In this document: in pieces, positions 1-9,254 of the stretch
Layout: each line of letters starts with the position of its first letter
Position numbering within the stretch: the stretch's first letter is position 1
Assembly: GCF_001548275.1 (NCBI RefSeq)
Contig: NZ_AP014945.1
Span: 1,770,001 to 1,802,000 of the forward strand
Length of the DNA stretch: 32,000 bases
From: Caldimicrobium thiodismutans
Lineage (GTDB): Bacteria; Desulfobacterota; Thermodesulfobacteria; Thermodesulfobacteriales; Thermodesulfobacteriaceae
Reading direction: 5' to 3'
Program-made: the position numbers and the translations under genes
Notes under the pieces: model-generated
The model's input: only the letters and a program-made list of their open reading frames with translations
Told to the model about the DNA's origin: nothing
Databases searched by the model: none

Positions 1-1878
1 TATCTCTGGAGGATTTTCTGGGAAATACGGGGCAAAAAGATTTCAAGAAGTCTTAAATTTAAACTATTTCTCCTCTATTTTCTTTCTATAACCTTTCCTG
101 CAGTAATTTTAGTTCTCGGGAGCTTTTATTTTCTTAAAAAGGGTATGGATTACTGGTTTGAAGAGTTTTCTTCTGAAAAAATCATTGCAAGGCTTTTACA
201 AAAAGAGGATTTTATAAAAGATGTTGAGGCAGAGCTTTTGCAAAAGGCTTTTAAAATTAAGGAGGAGTATCTTGAAAAGACGGATGAGATCAAGAGTAAG
301 GATCTGCGGGAGAAATTTCGTTACTTTCTTGGGCTAAATTCTATAGAAATTTTTTATCTCGATGGGAACCTCTTTAAAAAGACCTATTCTTCTGAGATTG
401 ACGAAAAACTTGGTATTCCCCCCTCTCTTCTTGAAAAAATAATCAAGGAAAAAACCCCTCAGACCTTTCTCCAACCCATAGATTCAAGACTTATTTTAAG
501 GATTTTTCTCCTGTTTAATGATAAAAAAGGACAGCCCTATATTCTTGCCGTTGGTAAAATTTTGAATCCACAAATGTTAAGCGGAAAGATTGATGAAAAA
601 GGGCTTACTCAATCCCTGAATTTATTTCTTTTTTTATCTTTTCTCTTACTCTTTTTGTTTATTCTCTTTGTAGGCATCTGGGTAGGGAATAAACTTGGTA
701 AGAGCTTATCAGAACCCCTCCAGGGGTTAATTCTTGCTACTCAAAGGATATCTCAGCGAGACTTTGATCTTTCTGAACTTCCAGAGGTCTCTTCCCAAGA
801 CGATGAAATAGGAAGGTTAATTCAGTCCTTTAAATTGATGGCTGAGGAGATTAAGTCCTATCAGGAGACCCTGCGTAAGTATAATCAATATTTAGGTGGT
901 GTCTTAAATGCCTTACCTGTGGGTATTGTAATTTTTAAGAGTAATAGGGATATTCTTTTTAAAAATTTTTCCTTTCAAAAGTGTTTAGATACATCTGGAA
1001 TCAAAGACCTTAAGGAATTTGCAGATTTCTTATCCCTTGAGAGTTATTTTCAAACCCTTGATTTTAATCAGACCTTTTATAAGGTTTTTACTTTGGAAAG
1101 GGAAGGAACTGAACTTTCCATAGGGATAACCTTTATGAAACTTGAGCTCTTTGGGGATAATCTTTTACTTCTTATTGTTGAAAATCTTCAAGAAAAGGAG
1201 ACCCTCAAGAGACTCTCCCTCTGGAGAGAGGTTGCCGTTAAAATCGCCCATGAAATTAAAAACCCTTTAACCCCTATCAAACTCTCTGTAGAAAGACTCA
1301 GGAAACGGCTATCGGAAAAGCTTCAGCCCGAAGATAGAGATCTCCTAAATCAAACTGTTGAGGTGGTTGAGCGCTATGTAGAGGAATTGAGAAAGCTTGC
1401 CCTTGATTTTTATCATTTTTCTCAAAAACCTCTCTTTGAAAAGATAGAATTTGATCTTTTGAATAATCTTGAAGAGGTGATTGAACTTTATAAACTTGCC
1501 TATCCTGAGCTTGAGATTAATCTTAAAAAGGTAGAAGTTATTCCTTCTCCTTTTCTCATTAAGGCTGATCCCTTTCAATTAAAGAGAATCTGGATCAATC
1601 TCTTTGATAATGCTATAAAGGCTATGCCAGAAAAGGGTAAGATTAACATATTCCTTGAAAAAAAAGAGAATAAGATAGTTATCAATTTTCAGGATAATGG
1701 AAGCGGTCTTGATGAAGAGATTGCTTCAGCCTTTAATAAAGACGATTTCTCTAAACTTCAGAAGGCAGGCACAGGGCTCCTTCTTATCAAGGGTCTGGTT
1801 GAGCTACATCAAGGAAAGATAAGAGTAGAAAATCTCAAAGAGGGTGGCACAAGATTTATTTTGGAATTACCCTGTTAG
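1..1878 (+). CDS. Two-component sensor histidine kinase, NtrY-like (TM-HAMP-PAS-HisKA-HATPase_c); the 5' end probably lies upstream of the window
   Basis: ORF track 145..1878. H-box AHEIKNPLTPIKLSVERL, N-box LFDNAIKAM, G-boxes DNGSGL and GTGLLLIKGLVELHQG. A TM stretch LFLFLSFLLLFLFILFVGIWVG is followed by a HAMP-like segment. The same frame is open from nt 1 to the ATG at 145 with no in-frame ATG/GTG/TTG, and it encodes a TM-like FKLFLLYFLSITFPAVILVLGSFYFL, so the real start is probably left of the window. Confidence 0.85.
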   Translation, partial: YLWRIFWEIRGKKISRSLKFKLFLLYFLSITFPAVILVLGSFYFLKKGMDYWFEEFSSEKIIARLLQKEDFIKDVEAELLQKAFKIKEEYLEKTDEIKSKDLREKFRYFLGLNSIEIFYLDGNLFKKTYSSEIDEKLGIPPSLLEKIIKEKTPQTFLQPIDSRLILRIFLLFNDKKGQPYILAVGKILNPQMLSGKIDEKGLTQSLNLFLFLSFLLLFLFILFVGIWVGNKLGKSLSEPLQGLILATQRISQRDFDLSELPEVSSQDDEIGRLIQSFKLMAEEIKSYQETLRKYNQYLGGVLNALPVGIVIFKSNRDILFKNFSFQKCLDTSGIKDLKEFADFLSLESYFQTLDFNQTFYKVFTLEREGTELSIGITFMKLELFGDNLLLLIVENLQEKETLKRLSLWREVAVKIAHEIKNPLTPIKLSVERLRKRLSEKLQPEDRDLLNQTVEVVERYVEELRKLALDFYHFSQKPLFEKIEFDLLNNLEEVIELYKLAYPELEINLKKVEVIPSPFLIKADPFQLKRIWINLFDNAIKAMPEKGKINIFLEKKENKIVINFQDNGSGLDEEIASAFNKDDFSKLQKAGTGLLLIKGLVELHQGKIRVENLKEGGTRFILELPC

Positions 1879-2583
1879 AAGACCCTTAAGTGCTGATATT
1901 TCTTTTTCAGTTAAGGGTTTCCACTCTCCAGGTTGCAGATCACCAATTTTGAGAGGACCTATCTCAATTCTTTTTATTTTCAATACTCGGTATCCGAGTT
2001 TACCAAAGATCCTTTTCAGCAGGTGATGTCTTCCCTCTGTGACCTCTATCTTTAATCTTGTCTTTTGAAGAGAGAGAAATTCAATCTTTGCAGGCTTAGT
2101 TTTCCCCTCTTTTAAATCCACCCCTCTCTCAATTTGGATTTTATCCTCCTCCTCAAGGGATTTATCAATTTCTATCTCATAGACCTTGGGGATTTTCCAT
2201 TTGGGATGGGTAATGCGGTGTCCAAGTTCTCCATCATTAGTAAGAAGTATAAGACCCTCAGCATCTTTGTCTAATCTTCCTGCTGGAAAAAGTTCCCGAT
2301 AGCCCGGCAAATCAGGGGGAAGTAAATCCTTAACGGTTTTTTCCTTATCTTTTGTGGAGGTAAGAACCTCAGGAGGTTTGTAAAGCTTATAATAATAAAA
2401 CTTTTGATATTTTATTTCTTTACCTTCAAAGGAAACCCTATCCATTTCAGGGTCAATTTTAATATCTGGCTGAAAGATTATCTCCTGATTTACCTTTATT
2501 TTCCCTTTCAGAATCAGAGTTTTGACTTGTTTTCTTGAGCCAAGACCAGCCAGACTCAAAAATTTATCCAATCTTAACTTCAC
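1867..2583 (-). CDS. Pseudouridine synthase, RsuA/RluB/RluF family (S4 domain + catalytic domain)
   Basis: N-terminal S4 motif MKLRLDKFLSLAGLGSRKQVKTLI. Catalytic Asp motif GRLDKDAEGLILLTNDGEL. The GTG start overlaps the polA stop (GTGA), implying translational coupling. Confidence 0.85.
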   Translation of the reverse strand: MKLRLDKFLSLAGLGSRKQVKTLILKGKIKVNQEIIFQPDIKIDPEMDRVSFEGKEIKYQKFYYYKLYKPPEVLTSTKDKEKTVKDLLPPDLPGYRELFPAGRLDKDAEGLILLTNDGELGHRITHPKWKIPKVYEIEIDKSLEEEDKIQIERGVDLKEGKTKPAKIEFLSLQKTRLKIEVTEGRHHLLKRIFGKLGYRVLKIKRIEIGPLKIGDLQPGEWKPLTEKEISALKGLLTG

Positions 2584-5183
2584 TTGCAGTCTGCCCAGGA
2601 TTTTCCAGAAGAAACATTCACTTTAATGGGAACTGAAAGTTTTAAATCCAAGCCTAAATGGGGAAATGGATTTTCCATAATAGAGACTGCAAGAGTAGAA
2701 ACTCTTTCAATTTCTTCAAGGGGTGCCTCAAGGAGTAATTCATCGTGGACCTGTAAAAGGATTCGAGTTTTAAGTTTTTCTCTCTCTAAAGCCCTGAATA
2801 GGGCAACCATTGCGGTTTTAATAAGATCTGCAGCTGAGCCCTGAATAGGGGTATTTACTGCCATTCTTTGGCCAAGTTCCCTGACATTTCTATTGGGACT
2901 AAAGATTTCAGGAATAAATCTCTTTCTTCCCGCTAAGGTGTAGACAAATCCATGCGTTTTTGCAAATTCGATAGTCTTATCAATGTATTCTTTCACTCCT
3001 GGGTAGCGGGTAAAGTATTTTCTAATGTAAGCCTCAGCTGAGGCTGGGTCAATCTTGAGCTCTTTACTTAGCCCGTAAGGACTCATCCCATAAGCTATGC
3101 CAAAGTTTATTACCTTGGCAACCCTTCGCATCTCTGGAGTTATTTTATCAGGAGGAACTCCAAAGACCTCACTTGCTGTATAGCTATGAATGTCCTCTCC
3201 TAATTCAAAGGCTCTTACGAGATTTGGATCCTGTGAAAAATGGGCAAGGATTCTGAGCTCTATCTGGGAATAATCTAAGCTAAGTATGTGAAAGCCCTCC
3301 TCTGCAATAAAGGCTCTTCGGATAGCCAAGCCCTCTTCCCCTTTTATAGGAATATTTTGAAGATTTGGCTTTTGAGAGCTTAACCTCCCTGTGGCAGTGC
3401 CTGTGGGATTGAACTCTGTGTGAAGGCGGTCCTTACCAGATGAAAGCTCTTTTAGAAAAACTTCCAGATAGGTGCTTTGAAGTTTGTATAGGGTCCGATA
3501 TTCCAATAAAAGAGGAACTATGGGATGAGAATTAGAAAGTTCCTCCAGGACCTCAGCATCTGTTGATGGTTTAGCACTTTTCTGAGTTTTTTTTATCTTT
3601 GGAAGTCTCAATTTTTCAAAGAGAATGACCGCTACTTCCTGAGAGGATCGTGGATTAAAGGTAGTTCCAGCTAAAGCAAAGAGTTTTTCTTCTATTTCTC
3701 TTATTTTTTGAGAAAAATCAGCCTTTAATTTTTTCACATATTCCACATCTATGCGAATTCCATTTTTTTCCATGGAGTAGAGGACCTCACTTAAAGGACC
3801 CTCAACCTTCACAAACCACTCCCATAGACCTTCATTCTTTGTTTCTTTTTCAAGCTCTTCACCCAGGAGATATAAAAGGATGGATTTTTGGGAAGAATTG
3901 GCTCCCTCTTTAAGGGTAAAGTCTAAGTATTCAAAGGCAAGATTGGATAGGTCATAGTTTTTTAACCCGGGGTTTAAAAGATAGGCTAATATTTTGACAT
4001 CCCTTGGCTTATTAAGATTATCTCCAATCTCATGTAGAAGCCCTTTATAGTCAAAAAGAAAGACCTCTTTTTCTTTTAGAGCCTCCCAAAGTTTGGAGTT
4101 AAAAAGAGATTTATAGACCCTGTGAGGTGAAATGGCGATTCCAAGGGTGAAATCTACCTGACCAAATAGAGTAGGAGCTTGCTTTTCAAAGTAAAGGCTA
4201 ATTCTGGGTGGATTTTCCCTTTTTAAAATCTCAAGGAGTTTTTGAGGAGAAGTTTCTTCAAGAGAAAAGCTTAATTCTTCCTCAGGAAAGGGGAACTCCT
4301 TTAAAAATTTTCGAAATTCAAATTCCTTAAAAAGTCTTTTCAGTTCTCGTAAGTCTGGGGCTTTTCGATGATAAAATGAGAGCTCCGTTGATGGAAGAGG
4401 GGCATCTTCTCTAAGTTTCATAAGCTCAAGGTTTCTGAAAACAAGGTCTTTATGCTCTTTGAGTTTTTCCTTTAACTTGGGAGGGGTAATTTCCTCAAGA
4501 TGGGCATAAAGATTTTCTAAGGTTTGAAACTTTTTAATAAGCTCGCAGGCAGTTTTTTCACCAATTCCTGGAATACCCTTTATATTGTCAGAGGGATCTC
4601 CTGCTAAAGCCCTGAAATCGGGGAAAGAGGAGGGAAGAAAGCCATATTTTTGCTGAAAGCTCTCCATATCCATAAAAGAATCTCTGATAGGATCAAAGGC
4701 TACCACCCTCTCGTTTATCAGAGATAGAAGGTCTTTGTCTGGGGCCACCATAAGCAGAGGAATGGGAAAGGTTTTAATAAAACTACATATCAGATCATCT
4801 GCCTCAAAACCCTCTGCAGAGATTACAGGTATCCCAAGAGCAGTGACAATTTTTTTGATGTAAGGTATTTGAATCTTTAAGTCATCCGGCATGCCTGGTC
4901 TTGTTGCTTTGTATTCTTCATACTGGATATGTCTATAAGTTGGCCCTTTTTCATCCATAAACCAGACTATAATTTCAGGATCCCACTCCTTAAGGATCTT
5001 TAAAAGCATCTGGGTTACCCCAAAGATGGCTTTAGTGGGAAGCCCCTTTGAAGTTGCCAGATAACCTGTAATGGCATAATAGGCTCTATAGATAAAGGAG
5101 CTTCCATCAATGAGTAGGGCTTTGTGCTTAAGGATTGCCTCAGGAGGACTCATTTTTTTCAAGGGCCTTGAGATGCTCTTCAA
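2580..5183 (-). CDS. polA: DNA polymerase I (5'-nuclease + 3'-5' exo-like + family A polymerase domains)
   Basis: 5'-nuclease region LLIDGSSFIYRAYYA and GIPGIGEKTA. Polymerase motif A ILSLDYSQIELRILAH, motif B RRVAKVINFGIAYG, motif C LLQVHDELLLE. The track start at 5183 is TTG. An in-frame ATG at 5153 (MSPPEAILKHKALLIDG) overlaps the end of the upstream TPR gene and is the more likely start. Confidence 0.95.
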   Translation of the reverse strand: MKSISRPLKKMSPPEAILKHKALLIDGSSFIYRAYYAITGYLATSKGLPTKAIFGVTQMLLKILKEWDPEIIVWFMDEKGPTYRHIQYEEYKATRPGMPDDLKIQIPYIKKIVTALGIPVISAEGFEADDLICSFIKTFPIPLLMVAPDKDLLSLINERVVAFDPIRDSFMDMESFQQKYGFLPSSFPDFRALAGDPSDNIKGIPGIGEKTACELIKKFQTLENLYAHLEEITPPKLKEKLKEHKDLVFRNLELMKLREDAPLPSTELSFYHRKAPDLRELKRLFKEFEFRKFLKEFPFPEEELSFSLEETSPQKLLEILKRENPPRISLYFEKQAPTLFGQVDFTLGIAISPHRVYKSLFNSKLWEALKEKEVFLFDYKGLLHEIGDNLNKPRDVKILAYLLNPGLKNYDLSNLAFEYLDFTLKEGANSSQKSILLYLLGEELEKETKNEGLWEWFVKVEGPLSEVLYSMEKNGIRIDVEYVKKLKADFSQKIREIEEKLFALAGTTFNPRSSQEVAVILFEKLRLPKIKKTQKSAKPSTDAEVLEELSNSHPIVPLLLEYRTLYKLQSTYLEVFLKELSSGKDRLHTEFNPTGTATGRLSSQKPNLQNIPIKGEEGLAIRRAFIAEEGFHILSLDYSQIELRILAHFSQDPNLVRAFELGEDIHSYTASEVFGVPPDKITPEMRRVAKVINFGIAYGMSPYGLSKELKIDPASAEAYIRKYFTRYPGVKEYIDKTIEFAKTHGFVYTLAGRKRFIPEIFSPNRNVRELGQRMAVNTPIQGSAADLIKTAMVALFRALEREKLKTRILLQVHDELLLEAPLEEIERVSTLAVSIMENPFPHLGLDLKLSVPIKVNVSSGKSWADCK

Positions 5184-5745
5184 GGAGTTTAGTCTGCTCT
5201 ATAGCCCCCATCCCTTTAAAAATTTTAAGCGCAAGGGAATAAGCTTCTTTTGCTGAATCAACTTTTCCAAGATGAAGATAGGCATCTCCAAGACCTGTTA
5301 AGGCCCTTCCTGCTCTGTGGGGGTCTCTATATTTTTCAGCAATCTCAAGTATCCGATGTAAATAGGGGATCATCTTAGCATAATTCCCTTTTTCTTTATA
5401 GGCAAAGACAATCTTTTCAGCGATAATGCTTGTGCTGATCTCATCTTCAAAGTTTTCGCAGATGTCAAGACAGGCCTTATAAGCCCTTAAGGCCTGATCA
5501 AACTTTTGCCTCAGTTGATAGATATCTCCAATTTTTTCAAGAACATTAGCCATTTCTGTAAGTCTTCCAAGCTCACTGAAGATTTCAAGGGCCTGTTCAT
5601 AGGAACTTAAGGCATCAAGGGTGTTGCCTTTGATCCAGGCCTCATGAGCCTTTTGACAGAGCTCCAGGGCCAATTTTAAGGCAGAAATCTCTTCAACTTT
5701 TTTTTCATTCATTCTGATGCTCCTTTGTGGTTGCAGTTTTTTCAT
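5140..5745 (-). CDS. Tetratricopeptide (TPR) repeat protein
   Basis: Repeated 34-aa A/Y/L pattern (ALSSYEQALEIF, ALRAYKACLDI, AKEAYSLALKIF). The likely true start is ATG at 5712 (MNEKKVEE), preceded by AAGGAG 7 nt upstream and overlapping the upstream stop by 8 nt. Confidence 0.7.
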   Translation of the reverse strand: MKKLQPQRSIRMNEKKVEEISALKLALELCQKAHEAWIKGNTLDALSSYEQALEIFSELGRLTEMANVLEKIGDIYQLRQKFDQALRAYKACLDICENFEDEISTSIIAEKIVFAYKEKGNYAKMIPYLHRILEIAEKYRDPHRAGRALTGLGDAYLHLGKVDSAKEAYSLALKIFKGMGAIEQTKLLEEHLKALEKNESS

Positions 5746-6820
5746 AGGTTTTCCAGAGATCTTTAAGATAAACTTCTTTAAAACTCAGGGTATCATAATC
5801 AAAGAGGGATACTTTTTCAGGTTGAAGGTGTTCCTTGTAAGAGAGAAGTTCCTTCCCTTTAAGATAGGTAAAAATTTTGATAATTAGGGCTTGTGCCAGG
5901 GGTTTTGCTTTTTTAAAGATGTTTAGAAGCCTCAGATAGGGCCCTTTTTTTAAGGCAAATGGATTTTTTTCAGCCATTCGCATCAAGGCGTAAAGGACTG
6001 AAGTCTCATACTCTGGATAGGCAAGAAAGCCAAAGAGATTCTTAACAAAAAAGATATAACGGGTCTCAGTCTCTCTGATAATCTCTCCTACTGCTTCAAT
6101 AGCTCCCCAGGGGGAGGCAGCTGAATCAGCACTGGCATAAAGTAGCCTTTTTAGAAAATCAAGGACCCTTTCTGGATCTCTTTGAGAAAGATAATTTGAT
6201 ATGTATCCAATAGAAACAGAAGCCTTTTTTCGCATGGTTTCTTCAGGATGATAAAGAAGTTTTTGTATGGTTTGGAGATTTAAGGGTTCAGAAAGGCTAT
6301 AGGCAAGGAGCTCTTCCTTGCGATTCTCAAGAAGTAGATTTTCTGCTTCCTTTCTGGTTAAGCGTTTTTTGAATTGAGGGGATAGAGTCCAGTGTGTTTC
6401 AATTTCTTTCTTAGAGAGAGCTTTAGCTCTTTCCCTGGACTTGAGCTCCTCAAGGTCATTAGCGAGTTTGATGAAACAGAGGGCACCTTTAATCTTTCTT
6501 CCCTCATAATGGGACTCAGGGGGAAGGGTATGACTTTCGGGATCATAATTTTCAAGCCAAATCTCCTGATAATCCTCTTCTGGAATAAGGTCAAGGGCAA
6601 GATCAAGGTCTCCTCCGCAAGCAATAAGCAGAGCCTCTAAAAAAACTGCTCCACGGCTAAAGCCTGTCACATCCGCAACATAGACTGCACCGCATTCGCA
6701 GATCCCTGCCTCGTAATCAGAAAACCCGATGGGTAGAAAAGTAGGCTTAGGAATGAGCCTTCCGCAAAAGGGACAGAGTGGGGGCTTAGGAATCTTTAGT
6801 TTCATAGAGAAGCCTTTCAA
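5705..6820 (-). CDS. Uncharacterised protein: N-terminal Cys-rich zinc-ribbon-like segment + C-terminal all-helical (HEAT/ARM-like?) region
   Basis: A long ORF in an operon with consistent codon style. N-terminus CPFCGRLIPKP...GICECGAVYVADVTG (CxxC...CxC). The C-terminal half is leucine-rich and helical (DPERVLDFLKRLLYASADSAASPWGAIEAVGEII). I recognised no catalytic motif. The start is TTG 6820 or ATG 6805. Confidence 0.55.
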   Translation of the reverse strand: MKGFSMKLKIPKPPLCPFCGRLIPKPTFLPIGFSDYEAGICECGAVYVADVTGFSRGAVFLEALLIACGGDLDLALDLIPEEDYQEIWLENYDPESHTLPPESHYEGRKIKGALCFIKLANDLEELKSRERAKALSKKEIETHWTLSPQFKKRLTRKEAENLLLENRKEELLAYSLSEPLNLQTIQKLLYHPEETMRKKASVSIGYISNYLSQRDPERVLDFLKRLLYASADSAASPWGAIEAVGEIIRETETRYIFFVKNLFGFLAYPEYETSVLYALMRMAEKNPFALKKGPYLRLLNIFKKAKPLAQALIIKIFTYLKGKELLSYKEHLQPEKVSLFDYDTLSFKEVYLKDLWKTYEKTATTKEHQNE

Positions 6821-7400
6821 ACTCCGGATTTACATGATAGTTCATAGCCTTTGCCTTTTCCAAAAAAACTTTAGCCTTTTCCCTTTCACCTTTAAAGTAA
6901 TAAGCAACTGCCAGGTTGTTGTAGGCTGTTGCAATTTGAGGTGAAATTTCTAAGGCCCTTTCAAGATAGGAAATAGCCTCATCATATCTTTCAAGCCCAA
7001 TAAGAACTGTGGAGAGATTTATATAAGGAGAGGGATTTTGAGGATTAATTTCAATGGCCTTTTTATAACATTCTTCAGCGGATTCCAGATTTCCCAATTG
7101 AAATTCTATCAATCCTAAGTTGTTCCAGGCCTCAGCTGAATGAGGGTAAAACTTAAGGGTAAAGGTAAAGGCCTTTTTAGCCTCTTCAAGCTCTCCTTCA
7201 CGAGCCAGTATCACTCCCAGATTAACCATGGCCTCAAAATGATAGGGATCAAGTTTTAAAACCTTCTTAAAGGCCTCTTTGGCTTCTTGCAATTTCCCAA
7301 AATTGAGGTAAGCTATGGCTAAACGATGCTGAGCCCAAACCGCATGAGGGTTTTCCATGGCCTCTTTTTTTAAGGTTTTTAAAATCTCTTCTTGCTCCAT
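6786..7400 (-). CDS. Tetratricopeptide (TPR) repeat protein (about 5 repeats)
   Basis: Canonical TPR signatures: AIAYLNFGKLQEAKEAFKKVLKLDP, AWNNLGLIEFQLGNLESAEECYKKAIEINP, AYNNLAVAYYFKGEREKAKVFLEKA. AAGGAGG-type SD (rc of cctcctt at 7407-7413) before the ATG at 7400. Confidence 0.75.
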   Translation of the reverse strand: MEQEEILKTLKKEAMENPHAVWAQHRLAIAYLNFGKLQEAKEAFKKVLKLDPYHFEAMVNLGVILAREGELEEAKKAFTFTLKFYPHSAEAWNNLGLIEFQLGNLESAEECYKKAIEINPQNPSPYINLSTVLIGLERYDEAISYLERALEISPQIATAYNNLAVAYYFKGEREKAKVFLEKAKAMNYHVNPEFERLLYETKDS

Positions 7401-7439
7401 TTTTTCCTCCTTATTTTGACCTAAAGGATAATACAGATT

Positions 7440-8549
7440 ATGAAGTTCTCAAGAGATAAGAAGATAATTGCCCTTTTGTTAATAGTTTTTCATCTGTTTT
7501 TATTCACAGGTCTTTATTGGGAAGGTCTTGAGCCTGTTACACAAGAAAAGAAGGTTCAGGCTCGTATTGTTGAGATAGAAAAAGGGGAAGGTCTTTTTTC
7601 TATTGCCCGAAAGCTTAAGAAGGAAGGGCTCATAAGAAGTGTGCCTGTCTTTATGATTGAGGCTTTCAGAAAAGGCGTTTATAAAGATTTTAAAGCTGGA
7701 GAATATGCTCTTTATCCAAATCAAACCTTAGAAGAAATATTTGAGGTTTTAAAAAAGGGAAAGATTTATTTACACAGAGTCACTGTTATAGAGGGAGCAA
7801 CCCTCTGGGAAGTTGCAGAAACTTTGGAGAAAAATAACATCTGTTCCAAAAATGAGTTTTTAAAACTTGCTCAGGATCAAAAATTTTTAAAAGATCTTGG
7901 CCTTCCAGGACCAAGCCTTGAAGGATATCTCTATCCAGAGACCTATTTCTTTGCCAAAAAAACAGATCCCCATTTAGTAATTAAGGTGATGACGGATAAA
8001 TTTAAAGAGGTCTGGAGAGATCTTGAAGGGCTTGCCCTTAAAAGTAGATTATCCATGAGAGAGATAGTAACTCTTGCCTCTATTGTAGAAAAAGAGGCTT
8101 TTTATGAAGCGGAAAAGCCTATTATTGCTGCTGTTTACTTAAATCGCCTTAAGAAAGGCATGCCTCTTCAGGCAGACCCTACTATAAATTATGCTTTAAA
8201 GGATTTCAGAAGACTCACTTATAGAGATTATTATACGGTAAAAAGCCCTTATAACACCTATCTTCATAATGAGCTACCGCCTACCCCTATTGGAAATCCT
8301 TCTAAATCAAGTCTTTTAGCAGTTTTGAAGCCAGCTAAGGTGCCTTATTTGTTTTTTGTTGCAAGTGGAGATGGAAGACATATTTTTTCAAGAACCTATA
8401 AAGAACACCTTTCAGCTATTGCCAGAATAAGAGCCCCTCAGAGTCAGTTAGAACAAACAAGCCCTGATAACGGCACTTCGGCTAAGGCTCAGAAGGTGTC
8501 TCTTGATGATGAGCTTCCCATAAATGATAAAGTTTTAAAACCTCTTTAA
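7440..8549 (+). CDS. mltG: Endolytic murein transglycosylase MltG (YceG-like)
   Basis: N-terminal membrane anchor IIALLLIVFHLFLFTGLYW. YceG motifs LEGYLYPETYFF, LASIVEKEA, LQADPTINYAL, SPYNTYLHNELPPTPIGNPS. A roughly 35-aa C-terminal tail overlaps the convergent rsmA. Confidence 0.9.
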   Translation: MKFSRDKKIIALLLIVFHLFLFTGLYWEGLEPVTQEKKVQARIVEIEKGEGLFSIARKLKKEGLIRSVPVFMIEAFRKGVYKDFKAGEYALYPNQTLEEIFEVLKKGKIYLHRVTVIEGATLWEVAETLEKNNICSKNEFLKLAQDQKFLKDLGLPGPSLEGYLYPETYFFAKKTDPHLVIKVMTDKFKEVWRDLEGLALKSRLSMREIVTLASIVEKEAFYEAEKPIIAAVYLNRLKKGMPLQADPTINYALKDFRRLTYRDYYTVKSPYNTYLHNELPPTPIGNPSKSSLLAVLKPAKVPYLFFVASGDGRHIFSRTYKEHLSAIARIRAPQSQLEQTSPDNGTSAKAQKVSLDDELPINDKVLKPL

Positions 8550-9249
8550 GTGTAAGATTTTCAGCTCTTAAAAACTCGTTAATTCCAGCACTTACAAATA
8601 AATCTTTAGAAAATTTCTTACGCAACATCTTTCTTTTGCCCTCATAAAGGCGGGTTAAAAATTTTTTATAATTTTTGAGATCCTCAATTTTTGCTTTTTG
8701 GAGCAGATTAAATCTCAAAAGGGCAGAATTAACCTTAGGAGGGGGTTTAAAAAAGCGGGGAGGAATAGTCATAAGATACTCAAGATCATAAAAGGTCTGT
8801 ATAAACAGAGATAGCCAGGACTTACCAGAAAGCCATTTTTCTGCAACCTCTTTCTGAACAAGAAAAAGAGCTGTTGGGATAAGGGAGTAATAATATATAA
8901 CATTTTCCACTATAAGACTGGCTACATTGTAAGGAAGATTCCCTATTATTTTAAGTTTCCTCTCATTAAGATTATTATAATTAAAGGATACTGCATTATC
9001 TTGAATTATAACTATTCTCTCGTCTTTTAAATTTTTTTGTAAATAATCAACCATTTCCGCGTCAAGTTCAATAAGAAAGAGTTTTTTAATGGGATATTTG
9101 AGAAGCTCTTTAGTGAGAAGGCCTGTGCCGGGACCAATTTCTACAAAGATATCACCCTCTTCTGGATTAGCAAGTTCTGCTATCTTAGAGAGGATGCCTG
9201 AAGAGACAAGGAGATGCTGACCAAAGCGCTTTTTTAATCTTACAGGCAT
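8482..9249 (-). CDS. rsmA: 16S rRNA (adenine1518/1519-N6)-dimethyltransferase RsmA/KsgA
   Basis: KKRFGQHLL N-terminus, SAM motif VEIGPGTGLLT, catalytic GNLPYNV. Confidence 0.9.
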   Translation of the reverse strand: MPVRLKKRFGQHLLVSSGILSKIAELANPEEGDIFVEIGPGTGLLTKELLKYPIKKLFLIELDAEMVDYLQKNLKDERIVIIQDNAVSFNYNNLNERKLKIIGNLPYNVASLIVENVIYYYSLIPTALFLVQKEVAEKWLSGKSWLSLFIQTFYDLEYLMTIPPRFFKPPPKVNSALLRFNLLQKAKIEDLKNYKKFLTRLYEGKRKMLRKKFSKDLFVSAGINEFLRAENLTLKEVLKLYHLWEAHHQETPSEP

Positions 9250-9254
9250 TCAAC

